A DNA stretch of 63,985 bases, counting the filler, from Conidiobolus incongruus B7586 (taxonomy: Eukaryota), in assembly GCA_000697335.1 (NCBI GenBank). It is 12 parts of 12 records of this genome, joined end to end, with 100 filler letters (N's around TTAATTAATTAA, not from the genome) between each part and the next. Parts side by side here need not be neighbours in the genome. Positions count along the whole stretch, not along the records: positions 11,223 to 13,588 come from JNEM01007066.1; positions 13,689 to 15,239 come from JNEM01007068.1; positions 15,340 to 17,336 come from JNEM01007069.1; positions 17,437 to 19,536 come from JNEM01007070.1; positions 19,637 to 21,501 come from JNEM01007071.1; positions 21,602 to 37,745 come from JNEM01007072.1; 6 more parts are not named here. One strand, written 5' to 3'. Positions 12,162 through 25,211 of this stretch are shown one piece after another. Below the pieces are notes generated by a model that did not search any database, was not told the DNA's origin, and saw nothing but the letters and a program-made list of their open reading frames with translations. Position numbers and translations under genes: made by a program. The first letter of the stretch is position 1. The number at the start of each line of letters is the position of its first letter.

Positions 12162-13588
12162 CACTAACTTGCAAAAATAAGTTATAAAATCAAAAACACT
12201 TATATTTTTACTAATAAATTAATTAATATTTAATAAAATAAACCTAAATTAAATAATTAAAATCTATTATATTTATTAATTATATATATCATTAAATGAT
12301 GATATTTAGCTATTAATTGGTTAAAATATAAACCCTTAAATTTTACCTAAAGTGAGTTATAAATTTATAAGTTTTTGGTGATAAAAAAATTAAAACCTAG
12401 TATATCTATCTTTAACTTTTCTAACTTCTTTAAGTTTATAGGGTATAGAATCAACTAAATTTTTATATTAAGAAAAGTTAATCTTATTCTATACTTCTTA
12501 AATATATTTTTAAAATTGACTTAAATTTTTTACTAAGGGGAAAACTTTAATAGCTTTTTTTTACTAATCCTAAAGATATTTAATTAAATTAAAATTAAAA
12601 AATTAAAGAGGTTACTTCATAACTATTATCTTGTTATTTTTAAGCTATTTGGTAATAAAAGTTATAGTATAACAAAAGGTATTATCTTATTAGAAAATAA
12701 TATTAAATTTGTTTAACCTATACTATTTAATGTTTTTTTAATTTATTATTTAGAATACTTTAATATATCTTAATATTAATTCCCCTATTAACTTTATAAA
12801 GATACTTTATATCTAAAGATAATATATATCCCCAAACAATAATTAACCTACTATTGTACTTTTAGATAAAATTAACATGATAGTTATAAAGTAGTTTTGC
12901 ATCTTTTTTGAAATATTTAGCTTTTCTATCAAATTTACTAAAGTATATTTTTGTTTCATTAAATTAAATAACCTTACTCTAATTAATTTTGGTTTAATAT
13001 TAGTGATGATATTTAAAATCCTATTTAGTTTTATAATGGGATTTCTTTAGTTGGGGGTATTTTTTCTTAAAGTGTAAGTGGTATTTATGTTAATATAAAG
13101 TATATATAATAGTATTAGTATTAACCAATATTTTTATATAGTTTTATAGTTCCTACTATATTTCTATAATAATACCACACTTGCTTATATTAACCAACTT
13201 ATAAATATACTTCATATTATATTTATCTATAATTTTAACATATTTAAGTTTAAGTTTAAATGTTTTTTTATTGTTATTCTTAATAACTTTAACTATAGTA
13301 AACTAGCTAACACTAGTAATTCTAACAATATTATAAGTTGATTTACCTTTTTTATAAAGTTGATTAATATACAAACAAATTTTTTTAGAGAGGGATTTAG
13401 GTATAATAATACTAATAAAAAAAATTAAATATATCTGTAAAATATTATATAAAATAATAATAAAGAGAGAAAAAAGATATGGTTATATATTGTTAAATAT
13501 ATCCCTTTATCTTAAAAAGCTGTAAATTTATAACTTACCTTAGTTAAATATTAAAGGTTAATATTTTTGCTAATAGTTTACTAAATAT
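12162..13588 (-). mobile_element. Degenerate Tc1 (DD34E) DNA transposon copy, ends at a gap
   Basis: TA followed by TIR CACTAAC..CAAAA.T.AGT.ATAAAATCAAAAA. Collinear with the full copy at 59789-61359. Confidence 0.9.
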
Positions 13589-13688
13589 NNNNNNNNNNNN
13601 NNNNNNNNNNNNNNNNNNNNNNNNNNNNNNNNTTAATTAATTAANNNNNNNNNNNNNNNNNNNNNNNNNNNNNNNNNNNNNNNNNNNN

Positions 13689-13965
13689 AAATAATATATA
13701 TTCTTAAATTATAATTATCCTATTATTATATTTTTCAGTTAAAATAATATTTTAGTTATATAGTATTTTTTAGCTTTTCTAAAATATCTAGCTTTTTTAT
13801 TAGATTTATTAAAATAAAGTATTATTTTATTAGATTAAATAACTTTATTCTAATTAATTTTAATTTAATCTTAATAATGATATATAAATTCTTATTTAGT
13901 TGTATAGTTAGACCTCTTTAGTTAAAAATGTTTTTTTTTAAAAATAAATAGTATTTATTATAATA
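13689..13965 (-). mobile_element. Internal fragment of the Tc1 family
   Basis: Matches the family's WSDETK-region sequence, heavily AT-shifted. Confidence 0.6.
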
Positions 13966-13976
13966 TAAAGTATATA

Positions 13977-14901
13977 CACTAATTTACAAAAATAAGTCAT
14001 AAAATAAAAAACACTTATATTTTTACTAATAACTGAATTAATATGTAATGAAATAAACTTAAATTAAATAATTGAAATCTATTATATTTATTAATAATAT
14101 ATATCATTAAATGATGATATTTATTTATTAATTAGTTAAAATATAAACCATTAAATTTTACCTAAGTGAATCATAAATTTATAGGTTTTTAGTGATAAAA
14201 AAATTAATAACTAATATATTTACCTTTAGCTTTTCTAATTTTTTTAAGTTTGTAGGGTATAGAATCAACTAACTTCTTATACTAAGAAGGGTTAATCTTG
14301 TTCTATGCTTTTTAAATATATTCCTAAAGCTAATCTAAATCTTTTACTAAAGGGAAAGTTTTAATAACTTTTTTTAAATAATTCTAATTATATTTAATTA
14401 AGTAAAAGTTAAAAGATTAAAAAAGCTATTTCATAATTATTATCTTGTTATTTTTAAGTTATTTATTAGTAAAAGCTATAATATAGCAAAAAATATTATC
14501 TTACTAGAAAATAATATCAAATTTGTTTAACCTATACTATTTAATATTTTTTTCAATTTATCATTTAAAATACTTTAATATATCTTAGTATTCATTCCCT
14601 TATTAACTTTATAGAGATATTTTACACCTAAAGATAATATATATCTTATAATAATAATTAACCTACCATTGTATTTTTGGGTAAAATTAATATAATTGTA
14701 ATAAAATAATTTTATATCTTTTCTAAAACATTTAACTTTTCTATTTGATTTATTAAAATATATTTTTATTTTATTAAATTAAATAACTTTATACTAATTA
14801 ATTTTAGTTTAATATTAATAATGATATTTAAACTCTTTCTTAACTTTATAATAGGATTTTTTTAATTAGAGGTGTTTTCTCTTAAAATATAAGTGGTATC
14901 T
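13977..14901 (-). mobile_element. Degenerate Tc1 copy interrupted by an LTR at 14902
   Basis: TA plus TIR at 13977. Collinear with the other copies up to GTGGTATCT. Confidence 0.9.
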
Positions 14902-15239
14902 TGTTAAGAGACTAGTTCTCTAAATTCTTATATACACTTTATATAATCCAATTAACTATAAATTATATGATTAATTTATACTTATATAGTTAAATTAATT
15001 GTATAAATAGTATTAAATTATCTAATAAACTAGGTTCCTCTTTTTCCTCTCAATTCTTACTATTTTTACCTTTACACTATTTCTAAGATTGAGACTATAT
15101 TCTGTCGATATTGTAGGATATTGGCACTACCTAATATAAATCTTAATATATCGGTGACTCATCCTAGTTCGAAGCTTAATTAAACTTTGTTTACACTTGC
15201 ACGCTACAGCCACGTTATATTACCACGTTCTGCGCCACA
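14902..15239 (+). mobile_element. LTR of a Ty3/gypsy family (CpG-retaining copy), truncated by a gap
   Basis: Starts TGTTAAGAGACTAG. Near-identical to 15360 onward and related to 20845 onward. Confidence 0.85.
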
Positions 15240-15359
15240 NNNNNNNNNNNNNNNNNNNNNNNNNNNNNNNNNNNNNNNNNNNNTTAATTAATTAANNNNN
15301 NNNNNNNNNNNNNNNNNNNNNNNNNNNNNNNNNNNNNNNTAAGAAACCTACTGGGGGAG

Positions 15360-15757
15360 TGTTAAGAGACTAGTTCTCTAAATTCTTATATACACTTTCA
15401 TATAATCCAATTAACTATAAATTATATGATTAATTTATACTTATATAGTTAAATTAATTGTATAAATAGTATTAAATTATCTAATAAACTAGGTTCCTCT
15501 TTTTCCTCTTAATTCTTACTATTTTTACTTTTACACTATTTCTAAAATTGAGACTATATTCTGTCAATATTGTAGGATATTGGCACTACCTAATATAAAT
15601 CTTAATATATCAGTGACTCATCCTAGTTTGAAGCTTAATTAAACTTTGTTTACACTTGCACACTACAGCCACATTATATTACCATGTTCTGCACCACACT
15701 ACTTTTATATTAAGTCTTCCTCTGCACTATATTAGTTTAACTACCACTACACTTACA
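15360..15757 (+). mobile_element. 3' LTR (about 398 bp) preceded by a polypurine tract
   Basis: GGGGGAG PPT, then TGTTAAG...CTTACA. Followed directly by Tc1 sequence. Confidence 0.85.
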
Positions 15758-17005
15758 AGTATCATTATACTTAAATTCCTCTCTAAAAAATCTACTTGTA
15801 TATTAATTTATAAAAAAAATAAATCAACTTATAATATTATTAGAATTACTAATGTTAATTAGTTTACTATAATTAAAATTGTTAAGAATAACAATAAAAA
15901 TATATTTAAACTTAAACTTAAGTGTGTTAAAATTACAAATAAATATTATAAGAAGTATATTTATAGGTTAGTTAATATAAAATATTTAGTACTATTATAG
16001 AAATAGAAAATAAATTATAAAACTATATAAGAATATTAGTTAATACTAATATTATTATATAGATTTTATGTTAACATAGATACCACTTATACTTTAAGAA
16101 AAAACACCTTTAACTAAAAAAATCCCACTATAAAATTAAATAAAAATTTAATTATCACCACTAATATTAAAATAAAACTAATTAAAATTAGGTTATTTAA
16201 TTTAATGAAACAAAAATATACTTTAGTAGATTTAATAAAAAAGCTAGATATTTTAAAATAGTTATAAAATTATTTTATAACCATCATGTTAATTTTACTT
16301 GAAAATATAATAATAGGTTAATTATTATTTAAAGATGTATATTGTTTTTAAGTGTAAAATATCTTTATAAAATTAATAAAGGAATTAATATTGAAATATA
16401 ATAAAGTATTTTAAAAAATGATTTAAAAAAAATTATTAAATAATATAAGTTAAACAAATCTAATATTATTTTCTAATATAATAATACTTTTTACTATATT
16501 ATAACTTCTATTACTAAATAGCTTAATAATAACAAAATAATAGTTATAAAGTAGTTTTTTTAATTTTTTAACTTTAACCTAATTAAATTCTTTTAGGATC
16601 AGTTAAAAAAAGCTATTAAAGTTTTCCTTTTAATAAAAAATTTAAATCAACTTTAAAAATATGTTTAAGAAGTATAAAACAAGATTAACTATTTTTAATA
16701 TAAAAAGTTAATTGATTCTATACCTTATAAACTTAAAGAAGTTAGAAAAGTTAAAACTAAATATATTAAGTTTTAATTTTTTTTATTATTAAAAACTTAT
16801 ATATTTATAACTTACTTTAGGTAAAATTTAAATATTTATATTTTAACCAATTAATAACTAAATATCATTATATTATAATATATACTATTAATAAATATAA
16901 TAGATTTTAATTATTTAATTTAAGTTTATTTTATTAAATATTAATCAAGTTATCAATAAAAATATAAGTATTTTTGATTTTATAATTTAATTTTGTAGGT
17001 TAGTT
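15758..17005 (+). mobile_element. Degenerate Tc1 copy (transposase on +), 5' end cut by the LTR
   Basis: Reverse-orientation match to the family, with the terminal TIR near 17005. Confidence 0.88.
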
Positions 17006-17007
17006 TG

Positions 17008-17336
17008 ATAAACATAGCTACAATAATTTTAAGGAAAAAAATAATAATTTATAAAGTTAAAAGTTAAAATATATGTTTTTATCTAATATAATAGTTTATG
17101 TAATTTTATAATAAACAAAGATATTAAAAAATAATATTTATATTATCTTTAATTATATTAGTTTTAAAATAAAGATTAAAATCAATATATTTAAAAATGA
17201 ATTAATTATATTTACTAAATTATCATAAAGAATTATTAATATAATAGTTTTTTTAGAATTAAATTAAATTAATTATTAAGTTGTATTTAAAATTTATATG
17301 GGAATAAGTTTATTATATTTTAATTTAGTATTATAT
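17008..17336 (-). mobile_element. Retrotransposon integrase remnant
   Basis: Reverse complement resembles the integrase region at about 18600-18840 (TII(S)DK-like). Confidence 0.45.
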
Positions 17337-17436
17337 NNNNNNNNNNNNNNNNNNNNNNNNNNNNNNNNNNNNNNNNNNNNTTAATTAATTAANNNNNNNN
17401 NNNNNNNNNNNNNNNNNNNNNNNNNNNNNNNNNNNN

Positions 17437-17730
17437 TATTCCCCTGATTATAACCCATGTGATTATAATTGCTTTAGGCAATTAAAAAACCAGCTTGCAG
17501 GAAAGAAAATTTCTGCAGGAAAATTTAATTAGTTTGTGAAACATCAAATTTCAGTCTTTAATAAAAAGAACTGTTTTTTAGGTGTTAGAAGTTTGCTAAA
17601 AGTATGGCAAAAAGTTATTAATAATAAAAGAAACTATTAAATTTATATTATATATTTATTTTTATATATTATATATTCAAATGTTTATTTATTTTTAATC
17701 ACAAAAAATTCCCATTATTAAAAATACAGA
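17437..17730 (+). mobile_element. mariner transposon 3' fragment
   Basis: Translates as YSPDYNPCDYNCFRQLKNQLAGKK...GVRSLLKVWQKVINNKRNY, a mariner C-terminus. Confidence 0.9.
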
Positions 17731-17734
17731 GTAA

Positions 17735-20700
17735 TAATTTAAATTTAATTTATATTTTACCTTTTAATAATAAGATAAAATAATAAATAAAGGAGAATAA
17801 GTTAAGTTTAACTTTATAAATATTATTTTAAAATTAATATCATTTTATTTCAAAAAAATTAGATTAGTTAAATTAAAATATCTAGTTTATAAATAAACTT
17901 TTTTTCCTTTAATAAAAATAATTAAACATCATTTATATTTCTTATTTTATAATCTTTTTTGAAATCTTATAAATTATAAATTATTTATTTATTTAAATAT
18001 TTAAAATCATCTATTAAGAAAATAAGTTAAATAAATTAAAACTATATAAGCTTAATATTTCTTTATCTAATATCTTTTAAGTTAATAAAATTATATTATA
18101 GATATTTTGTTAAAAAATCTTATATATTTATTTTTTTATTTTATTTATAAAAATCTAATAAATATTAACTCAATGATTATAAATAAAAAAAAATCAAAAA
18201 TTTGTTAAATTATTTTTAAAAATATTATTAAATAATAATTTTATTATTTTAATCAAAGTAAAACTTATTAAAATATTAGAAAATTAATTAAAATATAGTA
18301 AAAAATTTAAAATTATTAATAACTAACTATATTATAATAATTTGTATATATATTTTAATAATTTTAACATTTATCAAGTAATATTTAATAAATATAATAA
18401 CTTACTAATTAGAAAATATTAAAACTAATTAAAAATTATTAAAAGAGTTAAAATAAGATATTATTTGTTTTCTTTAATTAAATTAATTTAGAAATACGTT
18501 AATACTTATAATATAGGCTAAAAAACTAAATATAATATCTAACTAAAATATAATAAACTTATTCCTTTATAAATCCTTAATAAAATTTAATAACAAGTTT
18601 AAATTAATTTTATAGTAATGTTTAAATCAATAAATTATTATAATAACTTACAAATTCTTATTAATTTAATTCTTATTTTAAGACTTCTATAGTTAAAAAT
18701 ATTATATAATTATTATTCTCTAATATTTATACCTAATATAAAATTTTATAAATTATTATATTAAATAAAAATATATGATTCAACTCTTAATTTTAAAAGA
18801 TATTATCCTTTTCTTTTAAAATTAACCTAATTATATCTATTATCAGATATTACTAAACCAATAAACTTATTAAAAAATTTATTAAAACCTTAAAAGATTG
18901 AAGTTTATATTAATATTAATCAAATAAATTAAAATATTTATATTTATTAACTTTAATATTGATTTAATACCTTTATTAATAAATCAACAGGTTTTAACTT
19001 TTATTTCATTAATTATAGTAAATATCTTAACCTAATAATTATTTTATAATTTTAAATCAATTGATCTTTAAATGTTATTTAACTTTAATTTAAAATTTAA
19101 TATATTAATTTCTTATTTAATTTAATTTAAAAGAAAATTAAAAGATTATAGAATAATAATATCTATAGCTATTTTAAAATCCTCTTAAATATAAAATAAA
19201 TATGTGTAATTATTTAAAACAATTTACCTTTAAACTTACCTTATTTAAATTTAACTTAAACCCAAAATACTTATTATTATACACTAACCCACAAAAGTGA
19301 GTCATAAAATCAAAAACACCTATATTTTTACTAATAACTTGATTAATATTTAATAAAATAAACCTAAATTAAATAATTAAAATCTATTATATTTATTAGT
19401 TATATATATCATTAAATGATGATATTTAGCTATTAATTTGCTAAAATATAAACCCTTAAATTTTACCTAAGGTGAGTCATAAATTTGTGGGTTTTTGGTG
19501 ATAAAAAAAAATTAAAACCTAGTGTATCCACCTTTANNNNNNNNNNNNNNNNNNNNNNNNNNNNNNNNNNNNNNNNNNNNTTAATTAATTAANNNNNNNN
19601 NNNNNNNNNNNNNNNNNNNNNNNNNNNNNNNNNNNNTTCTGAAGCATCTAGCTTTTCTATCAGATCCACTAAAGCATATTTTTGTTTCATCAGACTAAAT
19701 AACCTTACTCTAATCAGTTTCAGTTCAACATCAGTGGCAACATTTAAACTCCTGCCTAGCCTTGCAGTGGGATTTCTTTAGTTGGGGGTGTTTTTTCTTG
19801 AGGTGTGAGTGGTATCTATGCCAATGTAAAGCACATATAATAGTATCAGTGCTAACCAATATTCCTGCATAGTCTCACAGTTCTTGCTGTATTTCTACAG
19901 CAGTACCACACTTGCCTGTACTAACCAACCTACAGATATACTTCTCATCATGTTCATCTATGATCCTAGCACACCCAAGTTTAGGTTTAAATGTTTCTTT
20001 ATTGCTATTCTTAACAGCCCTAGCTACAATAGACTAGCTAACACCAGTAATTCTAGCAATATCATAAGTTGATTTACCTTCTTTACAAAGTTGATTGATG
20101 CACAAGTGGATTTTTTTAGAGAGGGATTTAGGCATAATGATACTAATAAAAAGAATTTAGTATATCTGTAAAATATTATATAAAATAATAGCAAAGAGAG
20201 AAAAAAGATATGGTTATATATTGTTAAATATATCCCCTTATCTCAAAAACCCACAAATTTATGACTCACCTTGGTTAAATATTAAGGGTTAATATTTTTG
20301 CTAATAGTTTACTAAATATATCTAAATATATTTATCTATTATTAAATAATATACCTTAATTATATATTATAGTTTCAAGTAATCTAATATATACAATTGT
20401 TTTAGTTATTAATTAAAATATATATATTTTTGATTTTATAACTCACTTTTGTAGGTTAGTGTATTATAGTCATCATAAGATTTACTTTATTAATTTAAAT
20501 TTTAAGTATATTATATTAGAATTACCTTTAAATTTAAAGATTAACTTTACCTTTTATATAACTAAAATTAAGTTTTAATTTAAAGATTTTGATATATTTT
20601 TTAATTAATTAAAAGCTTTAAAATTAGATTTAATTATTAACTAAGATCAAAAAATACTATGTTGATTATATAATTAAATCTAAATCTATTAGGAATAAGT

Positions 20701-21241
20701 TTTATTTTTATATAAAATAAATAGGTTATTTTATTGAAAAAGTTATATAGGAATCAATAATAATTATTAAAAATATGTTAATTTATAAAACCTATTTTTA
20801 ATAATCTAAAATGAATATCTTTTTTAAAAAACTTATTAAAAAAGTATTAAGAGACTAATTTTTCAAATTCTTATATATATTTCTATATAATATAATTAAC
20901 TATAGATTATATAATTAATTTATATTTTTATAGCTAAATTAATTATATAAATGATATTTAATTTTTTAATAAATAAGATTTTTTTCCCTCTCAATTCTTA
21001 TTATTTTTATTTTTTATATTATTTTTAAGATTAAGATTATACTCTATTAATATTATAATATATAAATATTACCTAATATAAATCTTAATATATCAGTGAC
21101 TTATTTCAGTTTAAATCTTAATTAAACTTTGTTTATATTTGCATATTATATCCCATACTACCTTATTATATTTTATGCCATATTATTTTTATATTAAGTC
21201 TTCTTATATACTATATTAGTTTAATTACCATTATATTTATA
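17735..21241 (+). mobile_element. Degenerate Ty3/gypsy chromovirus: integrase, GPY/F region, chromodomain, PPT and 3' LTR (20845-21241); interrupted by Tc1
   Basis: Relics LIPL*I..KI**QV*INFI (about 18560), LELPLNLKINFTFYITKIK (about 20516) and YIK*IGY.IEKVI*ES (about 20710). A G>A-mutated PPT precedes an LTR homologous to 15360. The 5' boundary is approximate. Confidence 0.75.
19282..20461 (-). mobile_element. Least-mutated Tc1 copy (spans a gap), inserted in the gypsy integrase tail
   Basis: Both TIRs with TA flanks. ATG at 20135 begins MPKSLSKKI (HTH). Reads *TETD*SKVI*SDETKICFSGSD. Confidence 0.93.
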
Positions 21242-21601
21242 ATTTAGTATTTTAAGTTATATATTTTGATATAATTAAATAATTTATAAAATATTATCTT
21301 TGCTCTCAAACTTATATTTTCAATATATAATAATTCTGGTGTAAATAATATATTAATATTAAAAATAATCTCTGAAATATATTAATAATCAATTGCTAGC
21401 ATATATAATAAATAATATGAATAATATTTTCATTGAATTTATATTAGAGAATATTATTTAATAATTTTGAAAATTTTGTAATATTTTTAATATTTTCATA
21501 TNNNNNNNNNNNNNNNNNNNNNNNNNNNNNNNNNNNNNNNNNNNNTTAATTAATTAANNNNNNNNNNNNNNNNNNNNNNNNNNNNNNNNNNNNNNNNNNN
21601 N

Positions 21602-22460
21602 AATTTTCACTAATTAATAAAATAAAAAAATATATTAAAAAACATCTTTTTAATTTATTTAAGAAATTTACAATATAATTTAATATTAATTATAAAATCA
21701 TTTTAAATGTATTAAACTTCAAACTTAAATAATAAAAATATAAAATGAATATATTATAATTTAATAAAAACTTAATAAACCAAAGCAACTATATTTAATT
21801 AAAATATATTAAAATATGATTTAAAATAGAGGTTTATAAATTTAATATTTATAATTAATAAATTTTAATCCTTTTAAATAACCTTTTATATAAAAGAAAA
21901 ACAAAAGTTTAAAATAATTATTTATAAGTATATATTAATTATTATTTTAAATTGTAATAATTTATAGTTATTATTTTAATATCTAGAAAAAAAATTAATT
22001 AATAATAAATATATATATTTTTTAATTAAATCAATTTTTAATTGGTATTTTTATTATAAATCAAAGATAATTATTATTAAAAATAATATATATAAAATAT
22101 ATAAAGTTAAAACTATTAAAGAATTCCTATATGAAGAACTAAAAAATGTTTTTATATTTGATATATTTACCAAATTTTAATTTTAATAATTATTATAATT
22201 ATTAATACTTTGAGTAACTATAAAATATAATTATAAAAGAAAAAGATTACATATTAAATTAATTTGTGAAATATTAAATTTCAGCCTTTATTAAAAAAAC
22301 AGTTTTCTTGGTATTAGAAGATTATTAGAAGTATAGTAAAAAGGTATTAATAATAACTAAAAATACTAATATAATATTGTGTATTAATTATCATAAATCA
22401 TAAATTAATAATTTTAATTAATTATGATTTAAAAATTATGTCATTATTTAATTTCTGTAT
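21602..22460 (+). mobile_element. Degenerate mariner copy with 3' TIR
   Basis: Collinear with 61740-62649. Ends in TCATTATTTAATTTCTGTAT followed by TA. Confidence 0.8.
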
Positions 22461-25211
22461 TAATATCAAATAATCATTTAAATTGCAAGTAGTTCAAGTG
22501 AATTATACCCATTATTTGAAACCAATTATCAAACATATCAAAATTTAATTAAATTGATTACATTGATTCTTAAGTCTTGAATTGAAAACTTGATCCTTGA
22601 GATATCATTAATTTGATAATTATTCATAAGTTTGTTAAAAGTATATTATGATTGTTTGAAATTAAGATCAGGATAATGGACTTAGAGTATTTAGCTTTAA
22701 TTATATTCTGATTTTATTATTTTCAAAACTATTATATATGATTTGGGCTAGTTTTGGTGTTTGTTCTTATCATAAATAATGAACTATAAACTATACTCTT
22801 GAATTTTTGTTTTGGGCTATAAAAATACTAAACTTTGAATAACGAAACTTCAGCTATTGCTATTATATCCTTTGATTATTAATATTTTTTTGAAATCCAA
22901 CTTTTTATTGATAAATGAAAATTATGATTTTATCGTTTAATGTGGTTCAAAAATATATTGGAATTTTATCTATAATATCTTTTTAAGAATGACAAATTTA
23001 CTCAAGAATTGTATGAAATTGGTAATGCTGAATTAATAATATTATTACAATTTGTTGGGTTTGAAAACTAGATTATGTAACATAGTAATTTATAGGGTAA
23101 AGATTTTGGTATAATGAAATACTTCCAATCTTTTAATTAAATATTATTTCAAGTATTACTAAATGAATGTTCAAATACAGTGAATAATAAAATGAGTTGA
23201 AATATTTATTACTCTTATTTACAGGTATTTTCACTAACATTATATTCAAATAATATTTTAAAATTAAAAGCATACTTGAAAAAAACAAGATATATTACAT
23301 AAATCGCTCAGAAACCAGTAAATTACCTAAAATAAACCGATTATTAAAATGATTTTTAAAATTTTTACAGTGTATTTTTTACTAGTTTGTAAGGGCTATT
23401 TCAATTGATGGTAAGTATCTACAATTTTTTATTAACATACCTATTGTGATAATTAAATAGGATGCATCAATATCTATGAATGATAGTTTATTTACAAATA
23501 ATACTCCTTAATAAGTAATGATTAAATCAAAAATACATTGCAACAAAATCGATATTAAATAAAGTATAATGATTACTATAGTTTATATTTCAATTCCATT
23601 TCTATAAAATAATAAGATAATTTTATATATTTATAAATTAGTAACTATTATAATGCCTTGTATTTTTCTGAATAAACTAAGTCAAAGAAAATAAATAACT
23701 GATTTTAAAGTCATCTTTAATAAAATTAAATGAAATTAAACTATATGTATATTTAATTGTATATTTAATTTAAATATTTAGTTATTTATAAATTCACTAT
23801 ATAAATCTAATAATTAAGTTAAAATGAAAATAATGCTAATATATTTATAACTTACTTTTTACATATTTATTTAATTCATATTTATATAAAATTTCAATCA
23901 TAAATTCATAAAAGATTCATTAATTTTAATTAAAAAAATAAAATATTATAGTTATTAGTTATTATTTAATAAAATCAAAAATATATTATTATTATTTTTT
24001 TAATAATAAATTATTTCTTGTTATTTTAAATGGTAAAACTACAAAAAAATGAAAGTTACTTAGTCTTTTGTATATATTTTGATATTTTATTTTTAATATT
24101 AATTTTTATTTTGAAATAAATAATTAAATATTAATTGAATTTTTTAACTTATCAAAACATCTATTACTATAAAAAATATACATCAATTGACTATAATGGA
24201 TATGATGATATATTTAAATTTAGAATAAGTAAAACTTTTTATTTTATTTATAATTATTTAATTTATATTATACAAAATGAATTATTCTTTTTGGTTTAAT
24301 TTTTTGAAATTTGTTAAAAAATTATATATATAAAAACCTAATATACATTTTATATATATATTTTTATTTATGGGTAAGGTATTATATTATTTATTTCAAT
24401 CTTTAATCAGAATATTTTTTAAATAGCTTTCATTTGAGAGTATATTATAGCTTAAATTTTAAATCGAGATATTCCTTTAATTTGATAGTTATAAATTATA
24501 TATAAAAATATTGTTTGGAATAAGATTACTCTTATAATAATACACTGCCATAGATCTATTAACTATATTTTTACAATAATTTCGATTCAATTACAAGATT
24601 ACTATTTTGTTAATTATTTAATCTTAAAATATCTTTTCAAAATATAAAAATGATAATAAAAATTATAACAACCAGTAGAAATCTTTTCTTATCTAATATA
24701 GTAAACACTTTAAAATGTTTCTTAATTTTATTTATAATTTTTCGGTTATTAATAAGTTCAGGTTTATTAGATAAAATAAATTTTATTATCCAACCTTGGT
24801 GATTCAAGTTAATTAAACCAATCTAAATAATTATATTTTAATAGCTCTTTGACATCAGTTATTACTTATAAATTCATCTGAATGGTTATTAAAAATGATA
24901 GTTTCATAATATTATATTTTACTAAATATATTTTGTTTACGGTAAAATTGGAAATTCAATAACATTCATTGGGATTTATCTTTGTTAGACTTTGAATGAA
25001 AAAGTTATATTCATCTATAATAAATATAATGAATCTTTAGATCATTCATGTTTATTCAAAGTATTAACAAAATAAAATATTAATGATTCATTCAATAATA
25101 CTTGGTTTTAACTTTGGAAGTTATGTTTAAACCATTAGATATTAATAATTTGATGCTATGATGAATAACAAAATAATCAATTCATTTTGATTACTTTTTT
25201 CATTATGATAT

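Noticed and set aside
15656..15862. Short ORFs 15656-15862, 19884-20072 and 25353-25601
   Set aside because: They lie within LTR or Tc1 sequence with no independent coding signal.
22480..23500. Slightly GC-richer stretch, possibly an old pseudogene (similar stretches at about 33050-33550 and 49750-50060)
   Set aside because: No recognisable motif or sustained reading frame.
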